A DNA stretch of 64,000 nucleotides, taken from positions 202,746 through 266,745 of the forward strand of contig WELA01002258.1 in the NCBI GenBank assembly GCA_009602735.1, in the 5' to 3' direction. The position numbers and the translations under genes are program-made. The notes under the pieces were generated by a model. It was not told the DNA's origin, searched no databases, and worked only from the letters and a program-made list of their open reading frames with translations. Shown piece after piece: positions 48,816-61,700 of the stretch. This DNA comes from Mesotaenium endlicherianum (Eukaryota). How positions within the stretch are numbered: position 1 is the first letter of the stretch; every line of letters starts with the position of its first letter.

Positions 48816-51800
48816 ATGTCCACTCAGCATTATCCAAATTCGCTGATGGAAATAACAGCAGACACAAGAAGCACAGAGTCGGAGTATCACGAAGCTTTCT
48901 CCTCTAGGTCAGGCCAAGTTCACCACAACTTGAGGAAGTATATCGACGGCCATGGAGTGCATGTCAATGGCCACACGTCCACTTCTCCCTCGACTGCACC
49001 TGTACAGCGAGACCAGCTTGGCCCCAGTACAGATCTGGAGAGCATGACCAGTGTGGATCAAGAGCTTCTGAGGCGGCCATACCTGCAGCCATCATCAGCA
49101 TTCCCCCTCAGAATCAGTGATATAGGCCCAAGCACGCCGGGGAGGCCCATCCTCTCCGCAGTAGACTTGAATGCAAAGAACGCTCATGGGGGTCTGTTTG
49201 CAGATATTCTTACTGATCTCGTGCAAGGCTTTGGTAAATACGGAAAAGATTGGACCCTCAACAATCAAGTGGCAGGGGCGGTACCCCTCATCTTTGTCAC
49301 TCAGCTCCTGACGGCTCTAGCGATAGGCAATTACCTGTCAAGCAAGACCAAGAGCCAGATGGGGGCCGCAGAGGCGCTGATAGCCACAGCCATCTCGGGG
49401 GCGAGCTCCGCCCTCTTTGGAAGCGAGCCATTCCGAGTGCCAGGTGTCAGCGGCCCCACAGTGGTCCTCCTGGCTGCAATCTACGAGACCTCCAAGAGGC
49501 TGGACCTGAACTTCCTCGCCTGGACAGCCTGGATTGGCATCTGGTGCTCTGCCGGCCTCTTCCTCCTGGCAGTGACAAATGTCAGCCAATCAGCGATCCA
49601 CATGACAAGATATGCATACGAAGTGCTGCAAGCCCTGGCAGGCCTTTCACTTATATGGGACAGCTTTGTCCTCCTGGGCCGAGGCTTTGACAACCAGCCG
49701 CGGTCGCTCGCCCTGCTCTCCCTCTGGTTTGCGACCGCGACGTGGGCGCTGTCGTTGTACCTGAGGGGAGCGGAGCACTGGCACTGCTTTAACAGAACGG
49801 TGCGGGAGATCACTGCGAGGTATAGCCTGCTAGTCTCAGTTTCTTTTTTCACATGTAAGTTGATTCAACGTCTCGTTACTTATGTCTTGATGTCGTTTGA
49901 CGCCCTCCCCTGGTACTAGATAGGATCCAGCTTGATTCCTCCTTCTTCATCATCACATTATCATCACATCATCCGCATCATCCACATCAGCCACTTGCGT
50001 CAATGGATCTTATGCTTCAGAGAGGCAAGCATGACAGCAGCTCTGAAAAGCAGACTCGTCTGTCCCTCTGGAGCTGAAGTGGGGTTCAGCATTTTTCCTA
50101 TCCATCTCCTCTAGCACTCACAACTCTGATCTTCCAGAGGCGAGTTCGAACGGAAGACATGATCAAATAAAGTCCAAAAACGCAAAACGTACAGAAGCTC
50201 CATGCCTAGAACGAGGCCCCCGTTTTCATGCCAAGATTCCTCCTAGCTTCTTGAGTGACGCTTATGGACAGATGGACAGAGCCCAGTGAACCACCTCGTA
50301 TAGGTCAAGACAGCTGGCACCATTTGGCAGCATCAAGCACCTCCCCCCCCCCCAAATCCCCCTCCGGGGAACTCCAGAAACTGTCTGTCAATTTGTACAT
50401 GAAGGACTTAAGAATGGTAATTGCTAGCGGCTCCTTTGAGGTATACTGCTGGAGGATTTCGGCTTGTGAGGAACACCAATTCAGACATTGTCAATGAGGA
50501 TGATGTGAATGACGATATTGTTGTCAACGATAATGATGACGATATTGTTGGTGATGATGGTAATGATGATATTTTTATGATGCTGATGATGAGTGATGAT
50601 GAGTAGTGATGAGGATGTCGTTGTCAATGACAAAGACGGTGACGATGACGTCGGTGGTCATGATGGTCATTGTCAATATCGATGATGACGACAATCATGA
50701 TGGCGTTGATGATGATGGCATACGATGACATCGACGCCGATGGTGGTGATGTTGACGGCGATGACGATGACGATGATGATGGTGATGATGGCGATGGTGC
50801 TGAAGATCATTATGGTGGTGGCCATGATGATGATGATGATGAAAACGATGATGGTGAGGTCAATGATGATGACAACTTTTCACATAACACGACCCGATTT
50901 TGTGCAGCGCTGCAGCTGGTGGCGGTGCTGTCCAGCGCCAGCAGGGTGGACGTAACGCCCGCCACGCGCCGCACCGATGGGGTCGCGAAGCTGTGGTCCT
51001 TGGCGCCCCTCACAGCCGTGCCTGCGTGGGCCAGCGCCCTGGCCATCCTGCCAGGTGTCTCGTTCTCAGCCATCATCTTCCTGGACCACCAGGGCTGCTC
51101 CATCGTTGCGGCAGTGAGCGCCCCCCCCCCCACTCCCCCCTCTCTATATTAGTATGTGTGTGTGCACGTATGCGTGTGCTGGTGCTCACGCTGCATTCCT
51201 GCACTCTGCCACTTGCACGGGCCAACATAGATGATTCTCCAGTCTTGTGTTGCCACTCAATCTGAGGTGGCAGATCCTGTCACAAACATGAGGCCTGCAC
51301 CTGCAGNTTTTTATTTCTTGTGTTTTGCAGTTCAAATTTATACTCTCACTAGGCAACTCTGGAACCTCTTGACGACTACTTCTCTTTCTTTGCTTTGTTC
51401 CGTCGCTGTCTCGAGAGGGGAATACTTTTTCCTGCTCAAAATGTGTAAGAGCTTGTGCTGATCTGCAGGGCTTGTGGAGAACACCACCGTTCTTCCTAGG
51501 AGCCCCTAGCCCCCTAGCCCCCCAGCCCCCTGGCCCCTTAGACCCTAGCTCCTAGCCCCTACACACACGTGGCACTTAAATCAAAGCTGGCAGCTGCCCG
51601 AAGGCCTTCAGAGTGACATCTGGCGAGCATGCACGTTGCCTGTCGGTTTCCCACGACCGCTTCTATGGCCACTGGAGTGCTAATTGCTGCTGACGGTGTC
51701 CCCCCCTTTGGACACTTAGCAGTGCAGGTTTCCCGGCGTTGCCCGGCCGAGCAGGAGGAGCTGGGACCTGCTCCTGCTGTGCCTCCTCGTGCTCTTCTGC

Positions 51801-53804
51801 TCCCTCTTTGGCCTACCCTTCTGCTACGGCCTTGTTGCGCAGGTGCCACTCCATCTGTCCTCTTTGCTCTCGTTCCCGACTCCCTTCAACTCATAAAATC
51901 CTAATCTCGAACAATTGGGAATCTTCTGCGATTTTTCTGCAAGCGGTTCATAATTTGGCTTCATTACAGATGGGCATCTTCTGCATTGGAGCTGGCAGGT
52001 GTAGGTGTGTCCCGTTCACGCCTGCTGCCCTCGTGTTGCATGGACTCTTACCAGGCCCTCACTTCATGTAGAAAAGGAAAATGCCTGGGATTGTGTGGGC
52101 CCCTCATGTCGACCTCTTCATTTGCTGTCGAGACAAATGGTGCAGGTTCGGACCGTCAGTCTGTTTTCCGCGTCTCCAACCTTGATTGCATTAAAAGACT
52201 GCAGGTGCCAAGGACCACTTGGTACTGCCAAAGAGTTTCTTATGACTGACAAAGACGAGTTCCGAGCGTTCTTGCAAAGTTTGTACGGAATGGGTTCCTG
52301 CTCCGGGGTGCCTGGCCGTGGTTAACCTTGAGCCAACCTTTTTCATGATTACCATAGTACTTTGGCAGCCTTCTTCTGTACTATTTATGAGAACAATTTT
52401 ATTCCTTGGAATTACTGTGCATATTGGCGGCTTCCGGTCATAGTGCCCTTCAACCTTGATCGAACATTACAGAGTTTCTGCATGATGCATGACGTCATGC
52501 CACATGACATCACGAGACAGAGGGGGCCCCTGGATCGTAGGAGCCACTTTCCAGTCTTTCCGGCCGATCTACTTGCTCCTTTATGTGAATTTCCAACAGT
52601 GTGAGTGCTGCCAGTTATTACAAGACTCGAAAAAAGCATTGGCAAAAGCATTGGCAACAAGCATGTTACGGCATGAACTTGTTGCCAGTTTGTTTCTGGA
52701 GGTGCAAGACTGTGATGTTGGACGTCTCCACTTTGTTGTGCCCAACGCGCAGACGCTGGTGCACATGCGCGCCCTCTCCAGAAAAGCGCCCGCAGGCACG
52801 ACAGCAACAGATCCGGAGGGCGAGAAGCAGGAGGAGCCCCCAGAGGCGTCAGATCTCCGTCTGCTGCAGCAGCGCATCTCGGGGCTGCTGGCGTCGCTGT
52901 TTGTCGGCCTGAGCCTGCTTCCTGGCGTCGTGTCGCTGCTGGGAAAGGTCCCCCAGGGGGCCCTCATTGCCGTGCTCTTCCAGGTCCTGCCTCCTTCTCT
53001 TCTCTGTCAATCTGTTCTCCACTTCCTGAGGCCCTCTTGCTGCTTCCTCCTCCTCCTCCTCCAGCTCGTTCTTGTGCTACTAGCTAGCCCCCATCTCTTC
53101 TCCCAGTGTTTCTCCTCTTCCAAGTATTTTTCCTCCTCTTCCCCCACTGTTTTCTGGGGGAAGTCGTCCTCTCCTTACGCTGCTGACCCTCGACAGCCTG
53201 GGGCATATATACACAAATCAGTGACTGCTTGATGTGACTGCAGATTGAGGGGAGTCCTTTGGACTGGGTATGCAGACAGGCTAGGTGATAACTGAAGTTC
53301 TTGAAAGGAAATTGGAACATGAAGGAGTAACTAAAGTTCTCAAGAGGGAAGTCACGCTTGGGGGCAAGGGCATTCAGCAGCTTCCAGTGCCAAATAAACC
53401 CGGCAGGAGCACGCTTTATCCCTTGGTAGCAACTTATTTTTTTCAGACTGCAAAATAGGTGTACGACTGTAGACTCTTCGTGAGATACTTGCTCTCGCGC
53501 CCCAACTCCCCAACCCCACCACAGACGTACAATGCAACCAAGAGAGCAAGCAAGCAAGCAAGCAAGCAGACCCCAGCCTCTCTCTCTCTCTCTCTCTCTC
53601 TCTCTCNNNNNNNNNNNNNNNNNNNNNNNNNNNNNNNNNNNNNNNNNNNNNNNNNNNNNNNNNNNNNNNNNNNNNNNNNNNNNNNNNNNNNNNNNNNNNN
53701 NNNNNNNNNNNNNNNNNNNNNNNNNNNNNNNNNNNNNNNNNNNNNNNNNNNNNNNNNNNNNNNNNNNNNNNNNNNNNNNNNNNNNNNNNNNNNNNNNNNN
53801 NNNN

Positions 53805-53883
<79 letters not shown>

Positions 53884-56800
53884 GCGCGGCTGCGGTGGTG
53901 CATGTGTGTCCTGTATGCGCAGGTGGGGTGCACCTACTTCCAGGGCCTCCAGCTCACGGCCTGCCTCAGGAGCCTGGTCACCCGTCAGCCCCCCCTCTCC
54001 CCCCTCGCACGCCTCCCCAGGGGTGTCCTCCTCAACTTCACAGCGCTGCAGGCCATACTCGCCGCCATCCTATTCGCCATCACGCGCACCCCCGCCGCCC
54101 TCGTGTTCCCCGCGCTCGTGCTCGCGCTCCTCTTCTCCAGCCGTGCCCTCCTGGCGGCTGTGTACCCCCCGGACTGCGCCGCCCTCCTGTGCACCAGGCT
54201 GGCAGACCCCGTCGTAGGATGTAATGCGCTGGATCCTGGATCCGATGGCAGGGCCGGATTTGATGGAGCTGCGGGCGCCGGCGACGCTGAGCTGGCGGCC
54301 CAGGGGGCCCAGGCCGACGTGGAGCGCGGGGGCGGCGAGCTGGCGGCCGTCGATGCTCCTGGTCCAAAGGATCTCGACGATCCTGCGGCCTTTGAGAGCG
54401 CGGGTGACACCACTGACAGGGGGGCCAGCAGCTACTCGCTTCCCTCCATCCCTGCGGGCGGCCAGGTGGCGCCCCCCCGGGGCCGCTACCCGAGGCGGAA
54501 GGGCAGCCGCCCCTTCAGAGAGGCTCCTGTGCAGCCACATGGCACAGGGGCAGGAGGGGGCCGCGGGGAGGCGGAGAGCTCGGCCATGGCACAGCAAGGC
54601 ACGGGAGGCGCAGATCCGCATCACGGGAGACTTCCGCGTCAGGCACCCGCCTTTGGTTGTCGGGCGCCACCTGGCAAGCCGGCAGCCGTCCGAGCAGCCC
54701 TCGGCAAGATTGTGCTGGCATCGAAGAGGAACCAGGAAGAGACATCAGATGCGCTTGAGGAGGAAGAGGTGGAGGATGAGGGGGAAGAGGATGGGAGCAG
54801 GGAGGGGGACTGGGCTGAGAGGGGGAATGGGCGGGGGGAGGGGGGCTGGCTGCCAGGCAGGCACGGAGACAAAGCAAGCCGTTTGGGAAAGCGGCCGCTG
54901 GCGTCGGCGTCCCCCTCTGGCCACGTGTCGCGGTTGCTGGCAGAGCAGGCTGCTGTGGACGCCATGGCCAGACGGGAGCGCGAGAGCGAGGGCGAACGCG
55001 ACGACGCCTACAACGGCAACAATGCACGTGCCCTCTCTGCATTGCAGCACGGGGCGACTTCCCCGCCTCTTGACGACGCTTCTCTCCAGGCCGCTGCCGC
55101 CGCCGCAGCTGCCGCCACCGCCGGCGCTGCTGCTGGTGCTGCTGCTGCTGCCAGCGTCGCTGCTGCCGCCTCGGGGCACCATCCCCCAGAGCCGACGCGC
55201 GTGCACAACAGCCAGCACCCGCTCATGTCATCGGTGTACCACACTGCCGCCGTCAGCCCCCTCACGACAACGATAACAACAACATCGACGGCAACGGTGG
55301 CGGCGACGGCGACTGCCACCTCGAGCTCCAGAAGCCCTCCAGCAGGCGGGCGGCAGCCCAAAAGTGGGCGGCAACCCAAGAGCGGGCGACGGGCTCTTAT
55401 GCAGCAGCAGCATCAGCAGGGGGCTGCAGGCGGCAGGGCCGAGAGACGCCGGCCCGGGGGCGGGGGCGAGGGCGGGGGTGGCAGCGAGCACGGCAGCGAC
55501 TCGGGGCTCATGGCTTCGCTCAGAGGCGCATTCCAGGGCTGGAGGCGGAGGGACCTCCACCAGCACCAGGGCGACGGCAACGACAATGAAAACGCCGGCG
55601 AGCTCTCTAGTGCTTCGACTGTCCACAGCAATGCTCTCTTTGAAACAGAGGACTCGCGAGGAGAGGCGTCGGAAGAAGAAGGGCTGGGGGCAGCGCAGGC
55701 AGGGCAGGCAGGGCGGCAGGAGGAAGTGGAGGAGGAGCCGCCATTTGGGGTGCGCATGGAGCCGTTGTTGTTTGTTGCTGAGGTGGCGGCTGGGCAGGGC
55801 AGCTCCAGAGGGGGATCAGGCGGCAGGGTGCAGAGGCTGCTGCCGCCCGGGATGCCTCTCCTGCACAGCACGTCGTCCACCTCCCCTGGGCAGGACGAGA
55901 GCGGATCCAACTGGTCCAGCCGCCCGCCGACGCCCTCTCTGCGCAAGCCGCCTGGCGGCCCCTCTGCTGCCACGGCATCAGCATCTTCTCCTGCTGCTGC
56001 TGCAGCTAGTGCTGTTGCTACAGAAGCGGCCCTCTCGGGCAGGCCTCCCCGTAGCAGCAGCAGCGGCAGTGGCGAGCACGTGGCAACGGCACGCCAGGGG
56101 GAGTCTGCAAAGCAGCACTTGGTGGGGCTGGCACCACGGCTGGTGCAGATGGTGACTGGGAGCAGCAGCCACAGGAGGGCGAGGCCGCAGCGCACGTTGG
56201 AGAGAGGGAAGCAAAAGCAGGACAGCACAGGGGACCGCCTGCTGCTGCTGCCCTCTGCGTCGGAGACGGAGGAGGAGGCTGACAGCGCCGCTAGGAGGCG
56301 CGTGCGTGCCAGGCGCGAGCATGCCCGCGAGGAGGAGGGAGAGGAGGAGGAGGAGGAGGCAGCCGGTGTGCTGGCCCTGCCCCTTGCCTGGCAGCAGCAC
56401 GGGGGTGGGCATTCAGCCATGCTGGCGACGGCAAGTGCTGACCCCGGGGGACTGCCACCAGAACCTGCGGCAGCAGCAGAAGCAGCTGCTACTGGCCCGA
56501 CGACGCTGGGGATGACCAAGAGGACCACTACTACCTGGTGGGCGCCGGCGCCGGCGCCACCTGTCTCACGCGTGGTGCGCGAGCTCGCGCTGACAGCTGA
56601 CAAGCCCACACCCCAGGTGACTGCAGGCGGCTATCCTACCGCGCAGGCGGTGGCTGCCATCATTGATACCATCTGCCACAAAGACGAACGCGGCCATTCA
56701 GAGAGCGCGCGCACGGTCGGGTCCGTCCGAAGCTTCCTGTCCTCGCAGCTCACACCTGGCAAGGCTCCGCCTGCTGCCGCCGAGGGCGGCAGGCCACATT

Positions 56801-57522
56801 TGAGGAGACCAGACGAGCGAATGCAACACGCCACGCTCACTCACGACGCCGTGAGGCAGATGCACACTTCCCACGAAGACAGGACGTCGCTTCCTCATGC
56901 GCGGGGGTTGCAGGCCGGGGAAGCATCGGCCAGCCTCGGCTCCCTATCCAGGGCCGGAAACTACGGAAGTTCAGAAGGCGAGAGAAGCAGTGGTGCTGCT
57001 GCTGGTGGTGGTGATGAGCTTGCAGGCTCAGGGACCGATGGCCAGGATTGCGCATCTGATCGAGAATTTGGCGGCAGACGGCAGGAGGGCTTCTCTTGTG
57101 GTGGCCTCGGCCATCTGGGCCTTGGGGAGGCCCAGGAGCAGCAGGGGAGTGAGGAGGCGGGGGGAGAGCAGAGCCAAAGAGGGAAGGGAAGCGCAGCAAC
57201 AAAGGGCGCCGCCGCCGCAGCTGCACTGCCCGCGCACGCGCGCAAGCACCACCCCGTGTCTGCGCCTGGGCTCGTGCCTGTGCCAGCTGGCAGGTTTGGA
57301 GATAGGAGTAGTGGCAGCTCGTTTGGAGGAGGTGGTGAGACTAGCTCCACAAGTCAGGAAAGGGGGCCTGGGCGACGGGGACGCTTGGCGAACGTGGAGA
57401 ACAGGGCATTGCCAGGTGCCGATGACTCATCGCCCGCACGTTTGGTATCAAACACTGTGGGCCACCCGCTTGACCGCAAGGTGGGGACGCACTTACCCGA
57501 CTCCCCTTTTTTTTATGTTTGA
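48816..57522 (+). CDS. SLC4/BOR-family (bicarbonate/borate) anion transporter, about 1731 aa including a very long low-complexity C-terminal tail
   Basis: Phase-consistent exons 48816-49854, 50908-51113, 51723-51842, 52753-52983 and 53923-57522; motifs ALFGSEPFRVPGVSGPTV, AWIGIW, IFLDHQ, WDLLLL..FGLPF, QQRISGLL, ITRTPAALVFP. Confidence 0.85.
50494..50872. repeat. Degenerate (GAT)n trinucleotide repeat in intron 1 of the SLC4/BOR gene
   Basis: gatgatgatgac/ggt runs. Confidence 0.9.
51502..51561. repeat. Degenerate (CCCCTAG)n heptamer repeat in an intron
   Basis: gcccctagcccctagcccccagccccctggccccttagaccctagctcctagccccta. Confidence 0.7.
53578..53878. repeat. (CT)n microsatellite spanning an assembly gap (N at 53607-53804)
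   Basis: CT runs flank 198 Ns. Confidence 0.95.
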
Positions 57523-58794
57523 ATAAACTCATACAACTCAAATACGCAGTTTAATATCTTGTGAGTTCAAGATATTCTTCTTCGTTAAGTTTGTGCAAAT
57601 AGGTGGACTTGGGCGCTAGTCATAAGAGCATTGTGCTGAACACTTTTGACCCCACAAGGACGATCGTGGCAAGCGCGCAACCTGCTTGAGCACCTTGTTG
57701 AATATAAGGCTTGTACTTGTCGCCAGAAGGCTGCTTTGGGCAGGAAGGAGTAAGTATGGTTCCTTGTTAGACTTAATCTATACTTGCATTTATACACGTG
57801 ATAGTAGATACACGTACTTGCTACATACCCTTTAAGCTGCAGCACCACGTTTCCTCAAGTGAAGGCTGAAGCAATGTGGATTCCAGAGCCGAGCCTAACA
57901 TCTTTGAGCAGTTGGGGTATCTTTTGTACGTGGATTACACAAAGAGGTTTCAGCAGAATCTATTCCTCTTTCTTGTGTAAGTGCAGAGGGAGTGGAGAAT
58001 CTGAAGTAGCCACGGGCGGTCTTATGACTTTCATCGGACATAAGGTTTGGACTCTCATGCTTGAGCAAATCCCTTTCCTCCCACCATGCAGGACTTATTC
58101 TTTGCATAGTACGTACGCCTTGTCCTTTGACACTAGAGAGAAGCGCTTAAGTAAGAACGCAAGGACGCTATACAGCACTACCTAAGGCGGTACAATGCCA
58201 CAGCACTTTGATTCATCAGCAATTTCAGTATGTAGGGGTTGTTAGGAAGACTCACATCTGCGTAAGTCCTACATACGAGCAAGCAATTGAGGCTTTGATG
58301 CATGAAATCAAGTGCTTATACATGTACTGCATGCTACAAGGCAGTTCAGAATGTAAGCGCACGTGTGCACCTCACACACCGACGTGCCATCCTGCACGTA
58401 TTGGTAAGTCTTGAAAAATCGACCGCCCCGGAAAACCATTCATCACCAGAAAAGCTGTGCTCACAGATATGAGAATCAATATATAAACCAGATAGCTTGA
58501 AAAGGTTCCATATTTGAGAAGCTCTTACACAACGACTGCATGAACCAGGCTGGCCGAGCCAGCAATCGTTGGTTCTCTGCCCTACAGAAAGACTCCAAAA
58601 ATTGTTCTGAAAGTGGTATGAGCTGCATGTGCCTTCGGCCAGCTGAAAGACCTCCAGAGTATACATAACAAGTTGCAAAAGAGTTATTTAGGCTGCTGCC
58701 AGCATAACATATCTGAGTAATTACATATTAAGTACATGTGTTCCGTTATAATATAAATACGCAAACTCTTAACAATAATAACTTTAGCAGCCTC

Positions 58795-61700
58795 TTAATC
58801 CTCATCTTCGTTAACCTCCGCAGCGTTGTCAGCCACACAGAAGGAGAAGACGCCGACGTCAGGTCCGCTGTTGGAACCCACAAGAGCTTTCCCACGCTGG
58901 TACCCGTTGCCGACGTAAATGCAGCCCTTGTCAACCGATGTGCCCCCATATATGGAGTACCCCGTGGGAAGCGTTTTCAGCAGTGCGCCCGTTGCGGAGT
59001 TCAGAACCACAACCACCCCGTCGCCTGTTGCAGTCACAACTACCCCGTTGGCAACAAGGGGAGGCGAGCTGGGGATAGGCACCACTCCCGTCGGGTTTGC
59101 GGTTGACCAGACAAACTGTGCACACCCGTTCACGCGCACACGCACATATACACACACGCACATTTACATACAGACACATACACACATGAGAACTTATGTC
59201 TATCAGCCATCATCAGGATTTTAGTTTATAATGGTGTGGTTCCTAGATCTCCTAGCTGCATGTATATATTGGCCCTCGCAAGTAACGGGTGACGCAACAA
59301 TTTAATCCAAGAGGGTGGCTACTCTCCCTCTGCCAACACGCAGGCTAGGTAAATATGCTGGCAGCCTTTACAAATCCAGGCCTCTCCCTAGCTGTCAGTG
59401 TGCAAATAAATGAGAAGAATGGCTGCATGATGTCTACGTAAGGAGGAAATCAATCACTACAAGCAAGCTGTTGGTTGAGAGTCAATAGACACCTACCGCG
59501 CCGTTGGTCACGTCGAGCGCAATGAAGCCGCCACCTGTCGTGACAGCCAACCCCGGCTGGAGGGTGAAGTTGCTGTGCTGCGAGTTGCCGACGAAAGCGT
59601 ACACGCGCTTCCCGTCGGTGGCCATGCCCCAGGACACTCCCCCAAAGGTGCCACCTGGCCCCGCCTGCTTCTGCCACACAATCTCGCCGTTGGCTGCACT
59701 CAGGGCCCACATAATGCCGGACTTCTGCCCCACAATCACGAGGTCCTTCTTTATGCCGGGCGCAACCTTCACCTTCCTGTGCACACGCACGCATGCACGC
59801 ACGCGAGCACGAGGACAAGAGGACAAGGCGGGCCCAGTCAACTCAGGCCCGTTGGTAGCTAGCTGTCACAGTTTTTCAATGAAGACACGTGCCACAAGGA
59901 CGCACTAAGAGCCATAACTTGGCATGCATGCGTCACAAACAAATGTCACCAATGGAGGAGCCATACCATCATGAAGGACTAGCTGGGGCTCAAATCTTAG
60001 CCCGACTCCAAGTCTGCAGCCTGCTGAGTGGTGCAAAGGAAGCGTAATCTGAAGCTTGAAGAAACTGGACTCTGGCAACAAGGTCCAGGCCCGCCTGCAA
60101 GAGCGCGGGAAACAAGCGCAAGTTCGCTGCAAGCATGACTTGAATCGAAATGCCAAGCAATGCATGAGTGCTGCTTACTCAATGAAGACGGGAGCCATGC
60201 CGAAGTCGGCATCGGGGCCCGGCTGCGGAGGGCAGTTGGGGTTGCCGTCGCCGGTGGGCTGGTAGGGCAGCCCGCACGCCAGGTTCCACGCGTCGATGTA
60301 GTTGAGGCTCTTGGCCCACTTCACCGCGCCGCTGTGCAGGTCCAGAGCAACCACGGCCTCCGCGTAGTTGCCCGGCTCAATGCACGGGTCAGGGAACTGG
60401 CTGCCGTTGGCCTGCACGCGCGTTTTGGGAGATAAGAGAGAGGGAGAGAGCAGGAGAGGGCGAGAGGGCGAGAGGGCGAGAGGGAGACAGGGAGAGAGGG
60501 AGAGACCAGATTAGTATAGAGAATGTGGATCTGCACAGAAAACCTGGATTATGGATGGCCCCATCAGCTCAATAAGAACCGTCCTGTCTGCAATGGGAAC
60601 ACACAAAGTGTCCATCAAGGAAATTAGATTCATTTCAAAGTGGCACAAGCTGGTGGCAAGCGTCGTAAGTGATGATGGTACCACAGCTTTAATGAGGCTG
60701 TCTTATAAAATCACCTTCACAGTGTGCTATACTTGACACTAGAAAGATTCAGCTAGGTATGACTCAGCGGAGGGTGCGTTTAGCGACTCAAGCTTTTCCC
60801 AGCAGCTGGAGATATCATGCAATTGCTAGGGGGAGAATCAGCACTGACCTCCTGGCACTCTGCGACATTGGGCGGAATGTCGTAAAGGTTGCCGGATGCA
60901 AAGAAGACGGTGTTGCGCACGGTGTCGATGGAAGGGCTGCTGCCCCACAGCGCCGACCCAGCGTACCCTCCTGGCTGACCTCCGTTGCTGGGAAGCATGG
61001 ATGTCTGTAAATTTGTTGGAGAATCACAATGCGTACAGGTCAGTCACGTCAACAAGCGCAACAGATGCTTGAGCTGCTGGGCCTTGAGAAATTTGAGAGC
61101 GAGCCTTCTGCGTGCAGCTTGTCCGACCCAGGGATCTGCCTACTTTCACTTTCCTTGGACAGATGTCTACGTGAATGATGATACGCCTCACTATTGCGCG
61201 CAGATGTGCATATGAGCGGGCACTAAGGGCATTTAGTAGGCACCAATTGAATGTGAACAGCCACGCAACACATGTGAGGTATTGTGAGGCAGAGAAGGAT
61301 GTTGCTCAGGTGAGTCGTTGTGCTTGGGCCTGTAGGAAGTCACCTTCCAGAGGATATTGCCAGTGGGGATGTCAAGTGCCAGCGCGCTTCCTTGGAAGCT
61401 GCAGCATGGGTAGTCGGGAATGGCTGACGACATCAGCTCCTCCTGCCGAGAGATCAAGCGCCCAAAAGTTTAATATGTGCTTTTTGATTTCACCTAGAGC
61501 TTGCATTAGAAGAGTCAAAATGAAAAATGATGCTTCATCACTATAGTGGGCGCATTAAAAGGGTAGTATGGACTCATGGGTAAGTACTTATTGCAAAGCT
61601 CATAAGATGTATGATATGTACGTGGACTTCCAGCTGGTCCACATATAAAAATAAATGCGGCTGAAAAAATTTAGTAAGATAATTGTGACACTTCTCTACG

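Noticed and set aside
50421..50955. Asp-rich and Met-rich ORFs
   Set aside because: Translations of an intronic (GAT)n repeat
51502..51561. (CCCCTAG)n as an interstitial telomere
   Set aside because: Short, degenerate and not a match to CCCTAAA or CCCTAA
53985..57350. Long antisense and alternate-frame ORFs
   Set aside because: Expected shadows of a GC-rich low-complexity coding exon
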